From: Eledone cirrhosa
Taxonomy: Eukaryota
DNA: 64,000 nucleotides
Direction: 5' to 3'
Assembly: GCA_964016885.1 (NCBI GenBank)
Contig: OZ024744.1
Span: 104,470,001 to 104,534,000, forward strand
Both the position numbers and the translations under genes were made by a program. The notes beneath the pieces were generated by a model. It worked only from the letters and a program-made list of their open reading frames with translations. It was not told where the DNA came from and did not search any database. Numbering within the stretch: the stretch's first letter is position 1; the number at the start of each line of letters is the position of its first letter. Positions 18,001 to 32,724 of this stretch are shown piece by piece.

Positions 18001-18646
18001 CTGTCACAATATCTCACTCTATAACATGCCACAATGTCTCACTCTATACCATGTCACAATATCTCACTCTATGCTACGTAATAATATCTCACTCTATACC
18101 ATGTCACAATATCTCACTCTATACCATGTCACAATATCTCACTCTATATCATGTCATAATATTGATATCTCACTCTATACCATGTTATAATATCTCACTG
18201 TATAACATGTCACAATATTAATATCTCACTGTATAACATGTGACAATATCAATATCTCACTCTATATCATGTCATAATATTGATACCTCACTCCATACCA
18301 TGTTATAATATCTCACTCTATAACATGTCACAATATTAATATCTCACTGTATAACATGCTACAGTATTAACATCTTACTCCATAGCATGTCACAATATTA
18401 ATATCTCACTGTATAACATGTCACAATATCTCACTCTATATCATGTCACAATATTGATATCTCACTCTATACCATACCATAATATTAATATCTCACACAA
18501 AACCATGCCATATTAATATCTCTCTCTATAGCATGCCATAATATTAATATCTCACTCTTGCAAGCAGGGAAGAGCGAACGTAAAATGATGATGATGATGA
18601 TGATACCATGCCATAATACTAATATCTCACTCTATACCACGTCATA
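1..18646. repeat. Satellite array, 25-bp monomer ACCATGTCACAATATCTCACTCTAT with 22/23/31-bp variants and a 2-3 kb higher-order repeat; runs off the left edge
   Basis: The monomer is directly visible. The diagnostic variant ATACCTCACTCCATACC recurs at about 161, 3057, 6028, 8899, 11284, 13357, 16205 and 18283. Confidence 0.98.
18559..18602 (+). mobile_element. 44-bp 5'-truncated retroposon 3' tail with (ATG)n end, inserted in a satellite monomer
   Basis: It splits the monomer as CTCACTCT|insert|ATACCATG. The insert TGCAAGCAGGGAAGAGCGAACGTAAAATGATG... matches the reverse complement of the SINE tail at 62220-62270. Confidence 0.8.
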
Positions 18647-18749
18647 ATTATTTCACATTGTCTACCAATCAATTAAAACTTTCTCCATCAATTTGTCTCT
18701 TCAAAATTTTTGCTGTCTCAGCAATTCATTAATTGAAATATTCTCTTCA

Positions 18750-21700
18750 AGAATATTACCAAACCAAAATATATTCTTTTGTAATCCATGTTGCCATGAA
18801 CATTACCAAGCCAAAATATACTTTTTTTTAATCCATGTTCCCATGAACATTACCAAATCAAAATATACTCTTTTGTAATGCATGTTCCCAAGAACATTAC
18901 CAAACCAAAATATATTCTTTTAGAATCCATGTTCCCATGAACATTACCAAACCAAAATATATTCTTTTGTAATCCATGTTCCCATGAACGTTACCAAACC
19001 CAAATATATTCTTTTGTAATCCATGTTCCCGTGAACATTACCAAACCAAAATATATTCTTTTGTAATCCATGTTCCCATGAACATTACCAAACCAAAATA
19101 TATTCTTTTGTAATCCATGTTCCCATGAACATTACCAAACCAAAATATACTTTTTTGTAATCCATGTTCCCATGAACATTACCAAATCAAAATATAATCT
19201 TTTGGAATCCATGTTCCCATGAACATTACCAAACCAAAATATATTCTTTTAGAATCCATGTTGCCAAGAACATTACCAAACCAAAATATATTCTTTTAGA
19301 ATCCATGTTCCCATGAACATTAGCAAACCAAAATATATTCTTTTAGAATCCATGTTGCCATAAACATTACCAAACCAAAATATATTCTTTTGTAATCCAT
19401 GTTCCCATGAACATTACCAAACCAAAATATATTCTTTTGTAATCCATGTTCCCATGAACATTACCAAACCAAAATATATTCTTTTGTAATCCATGTTCCC
19501 ATGAACATTACCAAACCAAAATATATTCTTTTAGAATCCATGTTGCCATGAACATTACCAAACCAAAATATATTCTTTTGTAATCCATGTTCCCATGAAT
19601 ATTACCAAACCAAAATATACTTTTTTGTAATCCATGTTCCCATGAACATTACCAAATTAAAATATACTCTTTTGGAATCCATGTTCCCATGAACATTACC
19701 AAACCAAAATATATTCTTTTAGAATCCATGTTCCCATGAACATTACCAAACTAAAATATATTCTTTTGTAATCCATGTTCCCATGAACATTACCAAACCA
19801 AAATATATTCTTTTGTAATCCATGTCCCATGAACATTACCAAACCAAAATATATTCTTTTGTAATCCATGTTCCCATGAACATTACCAAATCAAAATATA
19901 CTCTTTTGTAATGCATGTTCCCAAGAACATTACCAAACCAAAATATATTCTTTTAGAATCCATGTTCCCATGAACATTACCAAACCCAAATATATTCTTT
20001 TGTAATCCATGTTCCCATGAACATTACCAAACCAAAATATATTCTTTTGTAATCCATGTTCACAAGAACATTACCAAACCAAAATATATTCTTTTGGAAT
20101 CCATGTTCCCAAGAACATTACCAAACCAAAATATATTCTTTTGTAATCCATGTTCCCATGAACATTAGCAAACCAAAATATATTCTTTTGTAATCCATGT
20201 TCCCATGAACATTACCGAACCAAAATATATTCTTTTGTAATCCATGTTCCCATGAACATTACCAAACCAAAATATACTTTTTTGTAATCCATGTTCCCAT
20301 GAACATTACCAAGCCAAAATATACTTTTTTGTAATCCATGTTCCCATGAACATTACCAAATCAAAATATACTCTTTTGTAATGCATGTTCCCAAGAACAT
20401 TACCAAACCAAAATATATTCTTTTAGAATCCATGTTCCCATGAATATTACCAAACCAAAATATATTCTTTTGTAATCCATGTTCCCATGAACATTACCAA
20501 ACCCAAATATATTCTTTTGTAATCCATGTTCCCATGAACATTACCAAACCAAAATATATTCTTTTGTAATCCTTGTTCCCATGAACATTACCAAACCAAA
20601 ATATATTCTTTTGTAATCCATGTCCCATGAACATTACCAAACCAAAATATATTCTTTTGTAATCCATGTTCCCATGAACATTACCAAACCAAAATATATT
20701 CTTTTAGAATCGATGTTCCCAAGAACATTACCAAACCAAAATATATTCTTTTGTAATCCATGTTCCCATGAACATTAGCAAACCAAATATATTCTTTTGT
20801 AATCCTTGTTCCCATGAACATTACCAAATCAAAATATATTCTTTTAGAATCCATGTTCCCATGAACATTACCAAACCAAAATATATTCTTTTGTAATCCA
20901 TGTTCCCATGAACATTAGCAAACCAAAATATATTCTTTTGTAATCCTTGTTCCCATGAACATTAACAAACCAAAATATATTCTTTTAGAATCCATGTTCC
21001 CATGAACATTACCAAACCAAAATATATTCTTTTGTAATCCATGTTCCCATGAACATTAGCAAACCAAAATATATTCTTTTGTAATCCATGTTCCCATGAA
21101 CATTACCAAACCAAAATATATTCTTTTGTAATCCATGTTCCCATGAACATTACCAAACCAAAATATACTTTTTTGTAATCCATGTTCCCATGAACATTAC
21201 CAAGCCAAAATATACTTTTTTGTAATCCATGTTCCCATGAACATTACCAAATCAAAATATACTCTTTTGTAATGCATGTTCCCAAGAACATTACCAAACC
21301 AAAATATATTCTTTTAGAATCCATGTTCCCATGAACATTACCAAACTAAAATATATTCTTTTGTAATCCATGTTCCCATGAACATTACCAAACCAAAATA
21401 TATTCTTTTGTAATCCATGTCCCATGAACATTACCAAACCAAAATATATTCTTTTGTAATCCATGTTCCCATGAACATTACCAAACCAAAATATATTCTT
21501 TTAGAATCCATGTTCCCAAGAACATTACCAAACCAAAATATATTCTTTTGTAATCCATGTTCCCATGAACATTAGTAAACCAAATATATTCTTTTGTAAT
21601 CCTTGTTCCCATGAACATTACCAAATCAAAATATATTCTTTTAGAATCCATGTTCCCATGAACATTACCAAACCAAAATATATTCTTTTGTAATCCTTGT

Positions 21701-24700
21701 TCCCATGAACATTACCAAATCAAAATATATTCTTTTAGAATCCATGTTCCCATGAACATTACCAAACCAAAATATATTCTTTTAGAATCCATGTTCCCAT
21801 GAACATTACCAAACCAAAATATATTCTTTTAGAATCCATGTTCCCATGAACATTACCAAACCAAAATATATTCTTTTGTAATCCATGTTCCCATGAACAT
21901 TACCAAACCAATAAATACTTTTTTGTAATCCATGTTCCCATGAACATTACCAAATCAAAATATATTCTTTTGGAATCCATGTTGCCATGAACATTACCAA
22001 ACCAAAATATATTCTTTTAGAATCCATGTTCCCATGAACATTACCAAACCAAAATATATTCTTTTAGAATCCATGTTCCCATGAACATTACCAAACCAAA
22101 ATATATTCGTTTGTAATCCATGTTCCCATGAACATTAGCAAACCAAAATATATTCTTTTGTAATCCTTGTTCCCATGAACATTAACAAACCAAAATATAT
22201 TCTTTTAGAATCCATGTTCCCATGAACATTACCAAACCAAAATATATTCTTTTAGAATCCATGTTCCCATGAACATTACCAAACCAAAATATATTCTTTT
22301 AGAATCCATGTTCCCATGAACATTACCAAACCAAAATATATTCTTTTGTAATCCATGTCCCATGAACATTACCAAACCAAAATATATTCTTTTGTAATCC
22401 ATGTTCCCATGAACATTACCAAACCAAAATATATTCTTTTAGAATCCATGTTCCCAAGAACATTACCAAACCAAAATATATTCTTTTGTAATCCATGTTC
22501 CCATGAACATTAGCAAACCAAAATATATTCTTGTGTAATCCTTGTTCCCATGAACATTACCAAATCAAAATATATTCTTTTAGAATCCATGTTCCCATGA
22601 ACATTACCAAACCAAAATATATTCTGTTAGAATCCATGTTCCCATGAACATTACTAAAACAAAATATATTCTTTTAGAATCCATGGTCCCATGAACATTA
22701 CCAAACCAAAATATATTCTTTTGTAATTCATGTTGCCATGAACATTACCAAACCAAAATATATTCTTTTAGAATCCATGTTCCCATGAACATTACCAAAC
22801 CAAAATATATTCTTTTGTAATCCATGTTCCCATGAACATTACCAAGCCAAAATATACTTTTTTGTAATCCATGTTCCCATGAACATTAAAAAAATAAAAA
22901 TATACTCTTTTGTAATGCATGTTCCCAAGAACATTACCAAACCAAAATATATTCTTTTAGAATCCATGTTCCCATGAACATTACCAAACCAAAATATATT
23001 CTTTTGTAATTCATGTTCCCATGAACATTACCAAACCAAAATATATTCTTTTAGAATCCATGTTCCCATGAATATTACCAAACCAAAATATATTCTTTTG
23101 TAATCCATGTTCCCATGAACATTACCAAACCCAAATATATTCTTTTGTAATCCATGTTCCCATGAACATTACCAAACCAAAATATATTCTTTTGTAATCC
23201 ATGTTCACAAGAACATTACCAAACCAAAATATATTCTTTTGGAATCCATGTTCCCAAGAACATTACCAAACCAAAATATATTCTTTTGTAATCCATGTTC
23301 CCATGAACATTAGCAAACCAAAATATATTCTTTTGTAATCCATGTTCCCATGAACATTACCAAACCAAAATATATTCTTTTGTAATCCATGTTCCCATGA
23401 ACATTACCAAACCAAAATATACTTTTTTGTAATCCATGTTCCCATGAACATTACCAAGCCAAAATATACTTTTTTGTAATCCATGTTCCCATGAACATTA
23501 CCAAATCAAAATATACTCTTTTGTAATGCATGTTCTCAAGAACATTACCAAACCAAAATATATTCTTTTAGAATCCATGTTCCCATGAATATTACCAAAC
23601 CAAAATATATTCTTTTGTAATCCATGTTCCCATGAACATTACCAAACCCAAATATATTCTTTTGTAATCCATGTTCCCATGAACATTACCAAACCAAAAT
23701 ATATTCTTTTGTAATCCATGTTCCCATGAACATTACCAAACCAAAATATATTCTTTTGTAATCCATGTCCCATGAACATTACCAAACCAAAATATATTCT
23801 TTTGTAATCCATGTTCCCATGAACATTACCAAACCAAAATATATTCTTTTAGAATCGATGTTCCCAAGAACATTACCAAACCAAAATATATTCTTTTGTA
23901 ATCCATGTTCCCATGAACATTAGCAAACCAAATATATTCTTTTGTAATCCTTGTTCCCATGAACATTACCAAACCAAAATATATTCTTTTGTAATTCATG
24001 TTCCCATGAACATTACCAAACCAAAATATATTCTTTTAGAATCCATGTTCCCATGAATATTACCAAACCAAAATATATTCTTTTGTAATCCATGTTCCCA
24101 TGAACATTACCAAACCCAAATATATTCTTTTGTAATCCATGTTCCCATGAACATTACCAAACCAAAATATATTCTTTTGTAATCCATGTTCACAAGAACA
24201 TTACCAAACCAAAATATATTCTTTTGGAATCCATGTTCCCAAGAACATTACCAAACCAAAATATATTCTTTTGTAATCCATGTTCCCATGAACATTAGCA
24301 AACCAAAATATATTCTTTTGTAATCCATGTTCCCATGAACATTACCAAACCAAAATATATTCTTTTGTAATCCATGTTCCCATGAACATTACCAAACCAA
24401 AATATACTTTTTTGTAATCCATGTTCCCATGAACATTACCAAGCCAAAATATACTTTTTTGTAATCCATGTTCCCATGAACATTACCAAATCAAAATATA
24501 CTCTTTTGTAATGCATGTTCTCAAGAACATTACCAAACCAAAATATATTCTTTTAGAATCCATGTTCCCATGAATATTACCAAACCAAAATATATTCTTT
24601 TGTAATCCATGTTCCCATGAACATTACCAAACCCAAATATATTCTTTTGTAATCCATGTTCCCATGAACATTACCAAACCAAAATATATTCTTTTGTAAT

Positions 24701-27700
24701 CCATGTTCCCATGAACATTACCAAACCAAAATATATTCTTTTGTAATCCATGTCCCATGAACATTACCAAACCAAAATATATTCTTTTGTAATCCATGTT
24801 CCCATGAACATTACCAAACCAAAATATATTCTTTTAGAATCGATGTTCCCAAGAACATTACCAAACCAAAATATATTCTTTTGTAATCCATGTTCCCATG
24901 AACATTAGCAAACCAAATATATTCTTTTGTAATCCTTGTTCCCATGAACATTACCAAATCAAAATATATTCTTTTAGAATCCATGTTCCCATGAACATTA
25001 CCAAACCAAAATATATTCTTTTGTAATCCATGTTCCCATGAACATTAGCAAACCAAAATATATTCTTTTGTAATCCTTGTTCCCATGAACATTAACAAAC
25101 CAAAATATATTCTTTTAGAATCCATGTTCCCATGAACATTACCAAACCAAAATATATTCTTTTGTAATCCATGTTCCCATGAACATTAGCAAACCAAAAT
25201 ATATTCTTTTGTAATCCATGTTCCCATGAACATTACCAAATCAAAATATATTCTTTTGTAATCCATGTTCCCATGAACATTACCAAACCAAAATATACTT
25301 TTTTGTAATCCATGTTCCCATGAACATTACCAAGCCAAAATATACTTTTTTGTAATCCATGTTCCCATGAACATTACCAAATCAAAATATACTCTTTTGT
25401 AATGCATGTTCCCAAGAACATTACCAAACCAAAATATATTCTTTTAGAATCCATGTTCCCATGAACATTACCAAACTAAAATATATTCTTTTGTAATCCA
25501 TGTTCCCATGAACATTACCAAACCAAAATATATTCTTTTGTAATCCATGTCCCATGAACATTACCAAACCAAAATATATTCTTTTGTAATCCATGTTCCC
25601 ATGAACATTAGCAAACCAAATATATTCTTTTGTAATCCTTGTTCCCATGAACATTACCAAATCAAAATATATTCTTTTAGAATCCATGTTCCCATGAACA
25701 TTACCAAACCAAAATATATTCTTTTGTAATCCTTGTTCCCATGAACATTACCAAATCAAAATATATTCTTTTAGAATCCATGTTCCCATGAACATTACCA
25801 AACCAAAATATATTCTTTTAGAATCCATGTTCCCATGAACATTACCAAACCAAAATATATTCTTTTAGAATCCATGTTCCCATGAACATTACCAAACCAA
25901 AATATATTCTTTTGTAATCCATGTTCCCATGAACATTACCAAACCAATAAATACTTTTTTGTAATCCATGTTCCCATGAACATTACCAAACCAATAAATA
26001 CTTTTTTGTAATCCATGTTCCCATGAACATTACCAAATCAAAATATATTCTTTTGGAATCCATGTTGCCATGAACATTACCAAATCAAAATATATTCTTT
26101 TGGAATCCATGTTGCCATGAACATTACCAAACCAAAATACATTCTTTTAGAATCCATGTTCCCATGAACATTACCAAACCAAAATATATTCTTTTGTAAT
26201 CCATGTTCCCATGAACATTACCAAACTAAAATATATTCTTTTGTAATCCATGTTCCCATGAACATTACCAAACCAAAATATATTCTTTTGTAATCCATGT
26301 CCTATGAACATTACCAAACCAAAATATATTCTTTTGTAATCCATGCTCCCATGAACATTACCAAACCAAAATATATTCTTTTAGAATCCATGTTCCCAAG
26401 AACATTACCAAACCAAAATATATTCTTTTGTAATCCATGTTCCCATGAACATTAGCAAACCAAAATATATTCTTGTGTAATCCTTGTTCCCATGAACATT
26501 ACCAAATCAAAATATATTCTTTTATAATCCATGTTCCCATGAACATTACCAAACCAAAATATATTCTTTTAGAATCCATGTTCCCATGAACATTATTAAA
26601 CCAAAATATATTCTTTTAGAATCCATGTTCCCATGAACATTACCAAACCAAAATATACTTTTTTGTAATCCATGTTCCCATGAACATTACCAAGCCAAAA
26701 TATACTTTTTTGTAATCCATGTTCCCATGAACATTACCAAACCAAAATACATTCTTTTAGAATCGATGTTCCCAAGAACATTACCAAACCAAAATATATT
26801 CTTTTGTAATCCATGTTCCCATGAACATTAGCAAACCAAATATATTCTTTTGTAATCCTTGTTCCCATGAACATTACCAAATCAAAATATATTCTTTTAG
26901 AATCCATGTTCCCATGAACATTACCAAACCAAAATATATTCTTTTGTAATCCATGTTCCCATGAACATTAGCAAACCAAAATATATTCTTTTGTAATCCT
27001 TGTTCCCATGAACATTAACAAACCAAAATATATTCTTTTAGAATCCATGTTCCCATGAACATTACCAAACCAAAATATATTCTTTTGTAATCCATGTTCC
27101 CATGAACATTAGCAAACCAAAATATATTCTTTTGTAATCCATGTTCCCATGAACATTACCAAACCAAAATATATTCTTTTGTAATCCATGTTCCCATGAA
27201 CATTACCAAACCAAAATATACTTTTTTGTAATCCATGTTCCCATGAACATTACCAAGCCAAAATATACTTTTTTGTAATCCATGTTCCCATGAACATTAC
27301 CAAATCAAAATATACTCTTTTGTAATGCATGTTCCCAAGAACATTACCAAACCAAAATATATTCTTTTAGAATCCATGTTCCCATGAACATTACCAAACT
27401 AAAATATATTCTTTTGTAATCCATGTTCCCATGAACATTACCAAACCAAAATATATTCTTTTGTAATCCATGTCCCATGAACATTACCAAACCAAAATAT
27501 ATTCTTTTGTAATCCATGTTCCCATGAACATTACCAAACCAAAATATATTCTTTTAGAATCCATGTTCCCAAGAACATTACCAAACCAAAATATATTCTT
27601 TTGTAATCCATGTTCCCATGAACATTAGCAAACCAAATATATTCTTTTGTAATCCTTGTTCCCATGAACATTACCAAATCAAAATATATTCTTTTAGAAT

Positions 27701-30344
27701 CCATGTTCCCATGAACATTACCAAACCAAAATATATTCTTTTGTAATCCTTGTTCCCATGAACATTACCAAATCAAAATATATTCTTTTAGAATCCATGT
27801 TCCCATGAACATTAGCAAACCAAAATATATTCTTTTAGAATCCATGTTCCCATGAACATTACCAAACCAAAATATATTCTTTTAGAATCCATGTTCCCAT
27901 GAACATTACCAAACCAATAAATACTTTTTTGTAATCCATGTTCCCATGAACATTACCAAATCAAAATATATTCTTTTGGAATCCATGTTGCCATGAACAT
28001 TACCAAACCAAAATATATTCTTTTAGAATCCATGTTCCCATGAACATTACCAAACCAAAATATATTCTTTTAGAATCCATGTTCCCATGAACATTACCAA
28101 ACCAAAATACATTCTTTTAGAATCCATGTTCCCATGAACATTACCAAACCAAAATATATTCTTTTGTAATCCATGTCCCATGAACATTACCAAACTAAAA
28201 TATATTCTTTTGTAATCCATGTTCCCATGAACATTACCAAACCAAAATATATTCTTTTGTAATCCATGTCCTATGAACATTACCAAACCAAAATATATTC
28301 TTTTGTAATCCATGTTCCCATGAACATTACCAAACCAAAATATATTCTTTTAGAATCCATGTTCCCAAGAACATTACCAAACCAAAATATATTCTTTTGT
28401 AATCCATGTTCCCATGAACATTAGCAAACCAAAATATATTCTTGTGTAATCCTTGTTCCCATGAACATTACCAAATCAAAATATATTCTTTTATAATCCA
28501 TGTTCCCATGAACATTACCAAACCAAAATATATTCTTTTAGAATCCATGTTCCCATGAACATTACTAAACCAAAATATATTCTTTTAGAATCCATGTTCC
28601 CATGAACATTACCAAACCAAAATATATTCTTTTGTAATTCATGTTGCCAAGAACATTACCAAACCAAAATATATTCTTTTGTAATCCATGTTCCCATGAA
28701 CATTACCAAATCAAAATATATTCTTTTGGAATCCATGTTGCCATGAACATTACCAAACCAAAATATATTCTTTTGTAATCAATGTTTCCATGAACATTAC
28801 CAAGCCAAAATATACTTTTTTGTAATCCATGTTCCCATGAACATTACCAAATCAAAATATACTCTTTTGTAATGCATGTTCCCAAGAACATTACCAAACC
28901 AAAATATATTCTTTTAGAATCCATGTTCCCATGAACATTACCAAACCAAAATATATTCTTTTTTAATTCATGTTGCCATGAACATTACCAAACCAAAATA
29001 TATTCTTTTAGAATCCATGTTCCCATGAACATTACCAAACCAAAATATATTCTTTTGTAATCCATGTTCCCATGAACATTACCAAGCCAAAATATACTTT
29101 TTTGTAATCCATGGTCCCATGAACATTACCAAATCAAAATATACTCTTTTGTAATGCATGTTCCCAAGAACATTACCAAACCAAAATATATTCTTTTAGA
29201 ATCCATGTTCCCATGAACATTACCAAACCAAAATATATTCTTTTGTAATTCATGTTCCCATGAACATTACCAAACCAAAATATATTCTTTTAGAATCCAT
29301 GTTCCCATGAATATTACCAAACCAAAATATATTCTTTTGTAATCCATGTTCCCATGAACATTACCAAACCCAAATATATTCTTTTGTAATCCATGTTCCC
29401 ATGAACATTACCAAACCAAAATATATTCTTTTGTAATCCATGTTCACAAGAACATTACCAAACCAAAATATATTCTTTTGTAATCCATGTTCCCATGAAC
29501 ATTACCAAACCAAAATATACTTTTTTGTAATCCATGTTCCCATGAACATTACCAAATCAAAATATATTCTTTTGGAATCCATGTTCCCATGAACATTACC
29601 AAACCAAAATATACTTTTTTGTAATCCATGTTCCCATGAACATTACCAAATCAAAATATACTCTTTTGTAATCCTTGTTCCCATGAACATTAGCAAACCA
29701 AAATATATTCTTTTGTAATCCTTGTTCCCATGAACATTACCAAACCAAAATATATTCTTTTGTAATCCATGTTCCCATGAACATTACCAAACCAAAATAT
29801 ATTCTTTTGTAATCGATGTTCCCATGAACATTACCAAGCCAAAATATATTCTTTTGTAATCCATGTTCCCATGAACATTACCAAATCAAAATATATTCTT
29901 TTGTAATCCATGTTCCCATGAACATTACCAAACCAAAATATATTCTTTTGTAATCGATGTTCCCATGAACATTACCAAGCCAAAATATATTCTTTTGTAA
30001 TCCATGTTCCCATGAACATTACCAAATCAAAATATACTCTTTTGTAATCCATGTTCCCATGAACATTACCAAACCAAAATATATTCTTTTGTAATCCATG
30101 TTCCCAAGAACATTACCAAACCAAAATATATTCTTTTGGAATCCATGTTCCCATGAACATTACCAAACCAAAATATATTCTTTTGTAATCCATGTTCCCA
30201 AGAACATTACCAAACCAAAATATATTCTTTTGTAATCCATGTTCCCATGAACATTACCAAACCAAAATATACTCGTTTGTAATCCATGTTCCCATGAACA
30301 TTACCAAACCAAAATATACTTGTTTGTAATCCATGTTCCCATGA
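18750..30344. repeat. Satellite array, 47-bp monomer AACATTACCAAACCAAAATATATTCTTTTGTAATCCATGTTCCCATG (~245 copies)
   Basis: Period 47 read directly (19081 to 19128). Occasional 46-bp units. Variant patterns recur in blocks. Confidence 0.98.
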
Positions 30345-30480
30345 GTATGTGTGGATGTTTCAGTATCAATGACACATGTTAGTTTATTGATAACATTGAA
30401 TAACTTTTAACTTCTTTGTAGAAATAGTTCCTTACCGTTCCTCGTGATGTTATAATAATTGTATCCTCATTATCATTTAA

Positions 30481-30663
30481 CCCTTTAGTATTTAAACCAG
30501 CGACATCCGTCCAGAATTCTTTCACCTCTTTCTGCTCAAACTGGCTGCTCATACTGATGTTAAGGTATCATTCTCAAAATCTCATAGATTTGATATTATG
30601 TGAGGTAAAGCCTTTACCATGAAAATACAATAGTAAATATAGAGTAATGGAAATGGTAATGGG
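30481..30663 (+). mobile_element. Non-autonomous piggyBac-type MITE, internally deleted copy
   Basis: TTAA-CCCTTTAGTATTTAAA...AAATGGTAATGGG-TTAA termini. The internal sequence matches the copies at 45415, 60608, 60833 and 63798. Confidence 0.85.
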
Positions 30664-30869
30664 TTAATGTCCATTTTACCTACTAGCAATGGTTGGATAT
30701 GTCTTCATAAACCAAGTCTGTACTCAGACAGAGGTACTGAATTCTGAGATGGGCCTGGGACCTGCATCTCACTTACATATGATCATGTACTCTACAAAGT
30801 GTATTTTATTGTGGCACCAGCACAAGAGAGGTTGTTATGTCTTTGACACTGCTGAACAGTCCTCTTGAC

Positions 30870-30960
30870 CCTTTGTTTGACAGGTTTTTTTACAGCTGGA
30901 TGCCCTTTCTATCACCGATCACTTTACAGAGTGTATTGGGTGCATTTATTGGGTAGATCA
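30870..30960 (-). mobile_element. Fragment of SINE/RTE 3' region
   Basis: TTTTACAGCTGGATGCCCTT...CACTTTACAGAGTGT motif, shared with about 31610, 45300 and 62995, and with 58340 on the opposite strand. Confidence 0.6.
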
Positions 30961-31221
30961 CCAATGCCAGCAAAGTTGTTGGAACTGAAGTGTTTCTCTT
31001 GACTCCAGTGTAAATAAATTTGAAAATCCCAATTTCATAGATTCCATGAAGAAAACCGAAAAACAATGAACATTTTTCTTCATGCTCATTGTTCACAATA
31101 ACAAAAATTAATGGCATAATATGACATGATAAAATAGACAGCTAATAAATATGGTTTACTTTAAAATTTATATAATATCCAGATCTTTGCTTCAGCCATA
31201 CTTTTAATCTTTACACACCAA

Positions 31222-31410
31222 TAATAATTTCTAATCTAAACCAGCAAATTTGGGGGAAGGGCAAAGTTGATTAAATTGACCCCAGTACTTGACTGGTTCT
31301 TTATTTTATCGACTCTAGAAGGATGAAAGGCAAAGTTGACCTCGGTGGGATTTGAACAGATATCACAGTAGCATTTTATCCAATGCTCTACCAATATTGC
31401 CAGCCACATC
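31222..31410 (-). mobile_element. tRNA-derived SINE (family A), diverged copy
   Basis: Contains GGATGAAAGGCAAAGTTGACCTCGGTGGGATTTGAAC, the reverse complement of the B-box plus body seen in the copies at 41276 and 48537. Confidence 0.85.
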
Positions 31411-31502
31411 AACCAACTTAATATCTGGATATCAAATTTTAAATGTGTTTGGGATTCATTAATTTTGATAACCATTTCAAAATATTATGTGACTTCCACT
31501 GG

Positions 31503-31725
31503 GTCATCATTTTATGTCCGTTTTTCCATGCTGGCATTGGTTAGACTTGTCATTACAAACCAAGTCATATGAGCCAAGTGACTCTGCTTTACTCAAATAC
31601 ATTTCATTTTCTATGGTTGGATGTTTGTCCTAATGTAAATCACTTTACAGAGTGTACAGGGTGCATTTTATCATGACACCTACACTAGCGAGATTGACTT
31701 GTCCTTGACATGACTGAAGAGTCTT
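31503..31725 (-). mobile_element. SINE/RTE-type 3' tail fragment with (CAT)n end
   Basis: TCATCATTTTATGTCCGTTTTTCCATGCTGGCAT...CACTTTACAGAGTGTAC, the same tail as at 45168 and 62880. Confidence 0.7.
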
Positions 31726-32651
31726 TTCTATTGAGACGAGCGAAAAGAAATAAAATTCATAATTACTATTATTCCTACCTTTTTATTTCCTTGCTAATAA
31801 ATACCAGAATATATATAATCTTTTGATGCAATATAGCTTTCATCTTCTAATATTATAATTTTAAAAAGATACTATTTGACAAGATATATTCTTAATTAAA
31901 TTAATATCTAAAAGATAAATTTGGTACTTAGGTACTTTAAAACTGATATTAAGTTTTAATCTAAAATTTAAAATGTTCATGTTAATAAATTTGCATTTAA
32001 TTAAGGTAAATAACATTAATAACCTACATGAAATAATTAAAAAATAGACAAATAAAAACCAGAAAGTATTTCAATTAACAAATTTGTAATAAATTTCCTT
32101 TTTACTCTATAAATTTGAAATAAGAAATACAATTCATAACACAGGAGTTTGTAACCGTCAATCAATTGCAATATAACGCTAATACTCTTTAGCTGTCATA
32201 AGTTAAATTGTGTTACTATTTTAATAGAGAACAAATTTCATATTTTCTATACTTTTATTTTTAGCCTTCCAATAAGGTTTCCAGAACCATATTGGATAAT
32301 CTTCTTTTTTTATTGTAATTTTCAATGTCTTAAATGTCATGGAACACAAAAGGAATTATAAAAACTGATAATGATCGTTCATGTATATAAGTGGAATGCC
32401 AAGACCTGTTGATACCCTACAGTGACTGTTACAGAAGATAAATTCTGTAGTTTAAGTGCTGTGCTAAGATCACAAAACATATTTTTAAGAGACTCAATTG
32501 GATTGCAGTAGATGAATTGATGGGTGTAGTAGAATGATTCCAGTGATATTTAGAAGAAAGCAGAAACAGTTACTGAAATAATTACAATAGAAATGAATGA
32601 AAGAGAAGCTAAATGTGAAGAAAACTTTGCAAAGTAATTATGAATGGGAAA

Positions 32652-32724
32652 GAGGCATGCTTTTTTTCTCAGAGTAGTTCAGGGGTTGAGGCATGCTTCA
32701 TTTCTCAGAGTAGTTCAGGGGTTG
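32652..32724. repeat. 36-bp direct tandem duplication
   Basis: GAGGCATGCTT..TTTCTCAGAGTAGTTCAGGGGTT occurs twice in tandem. Confidence 0.85.

Noticed and set aside
31714-31745. CTGAAGA-GTCT...AGAC-GAGC hammerhead-like motif (also CTGATGA at 38691 and 63760)
   Set aside because: GAAA is not correctly placed after stem II, and no stem I or stem III is present.
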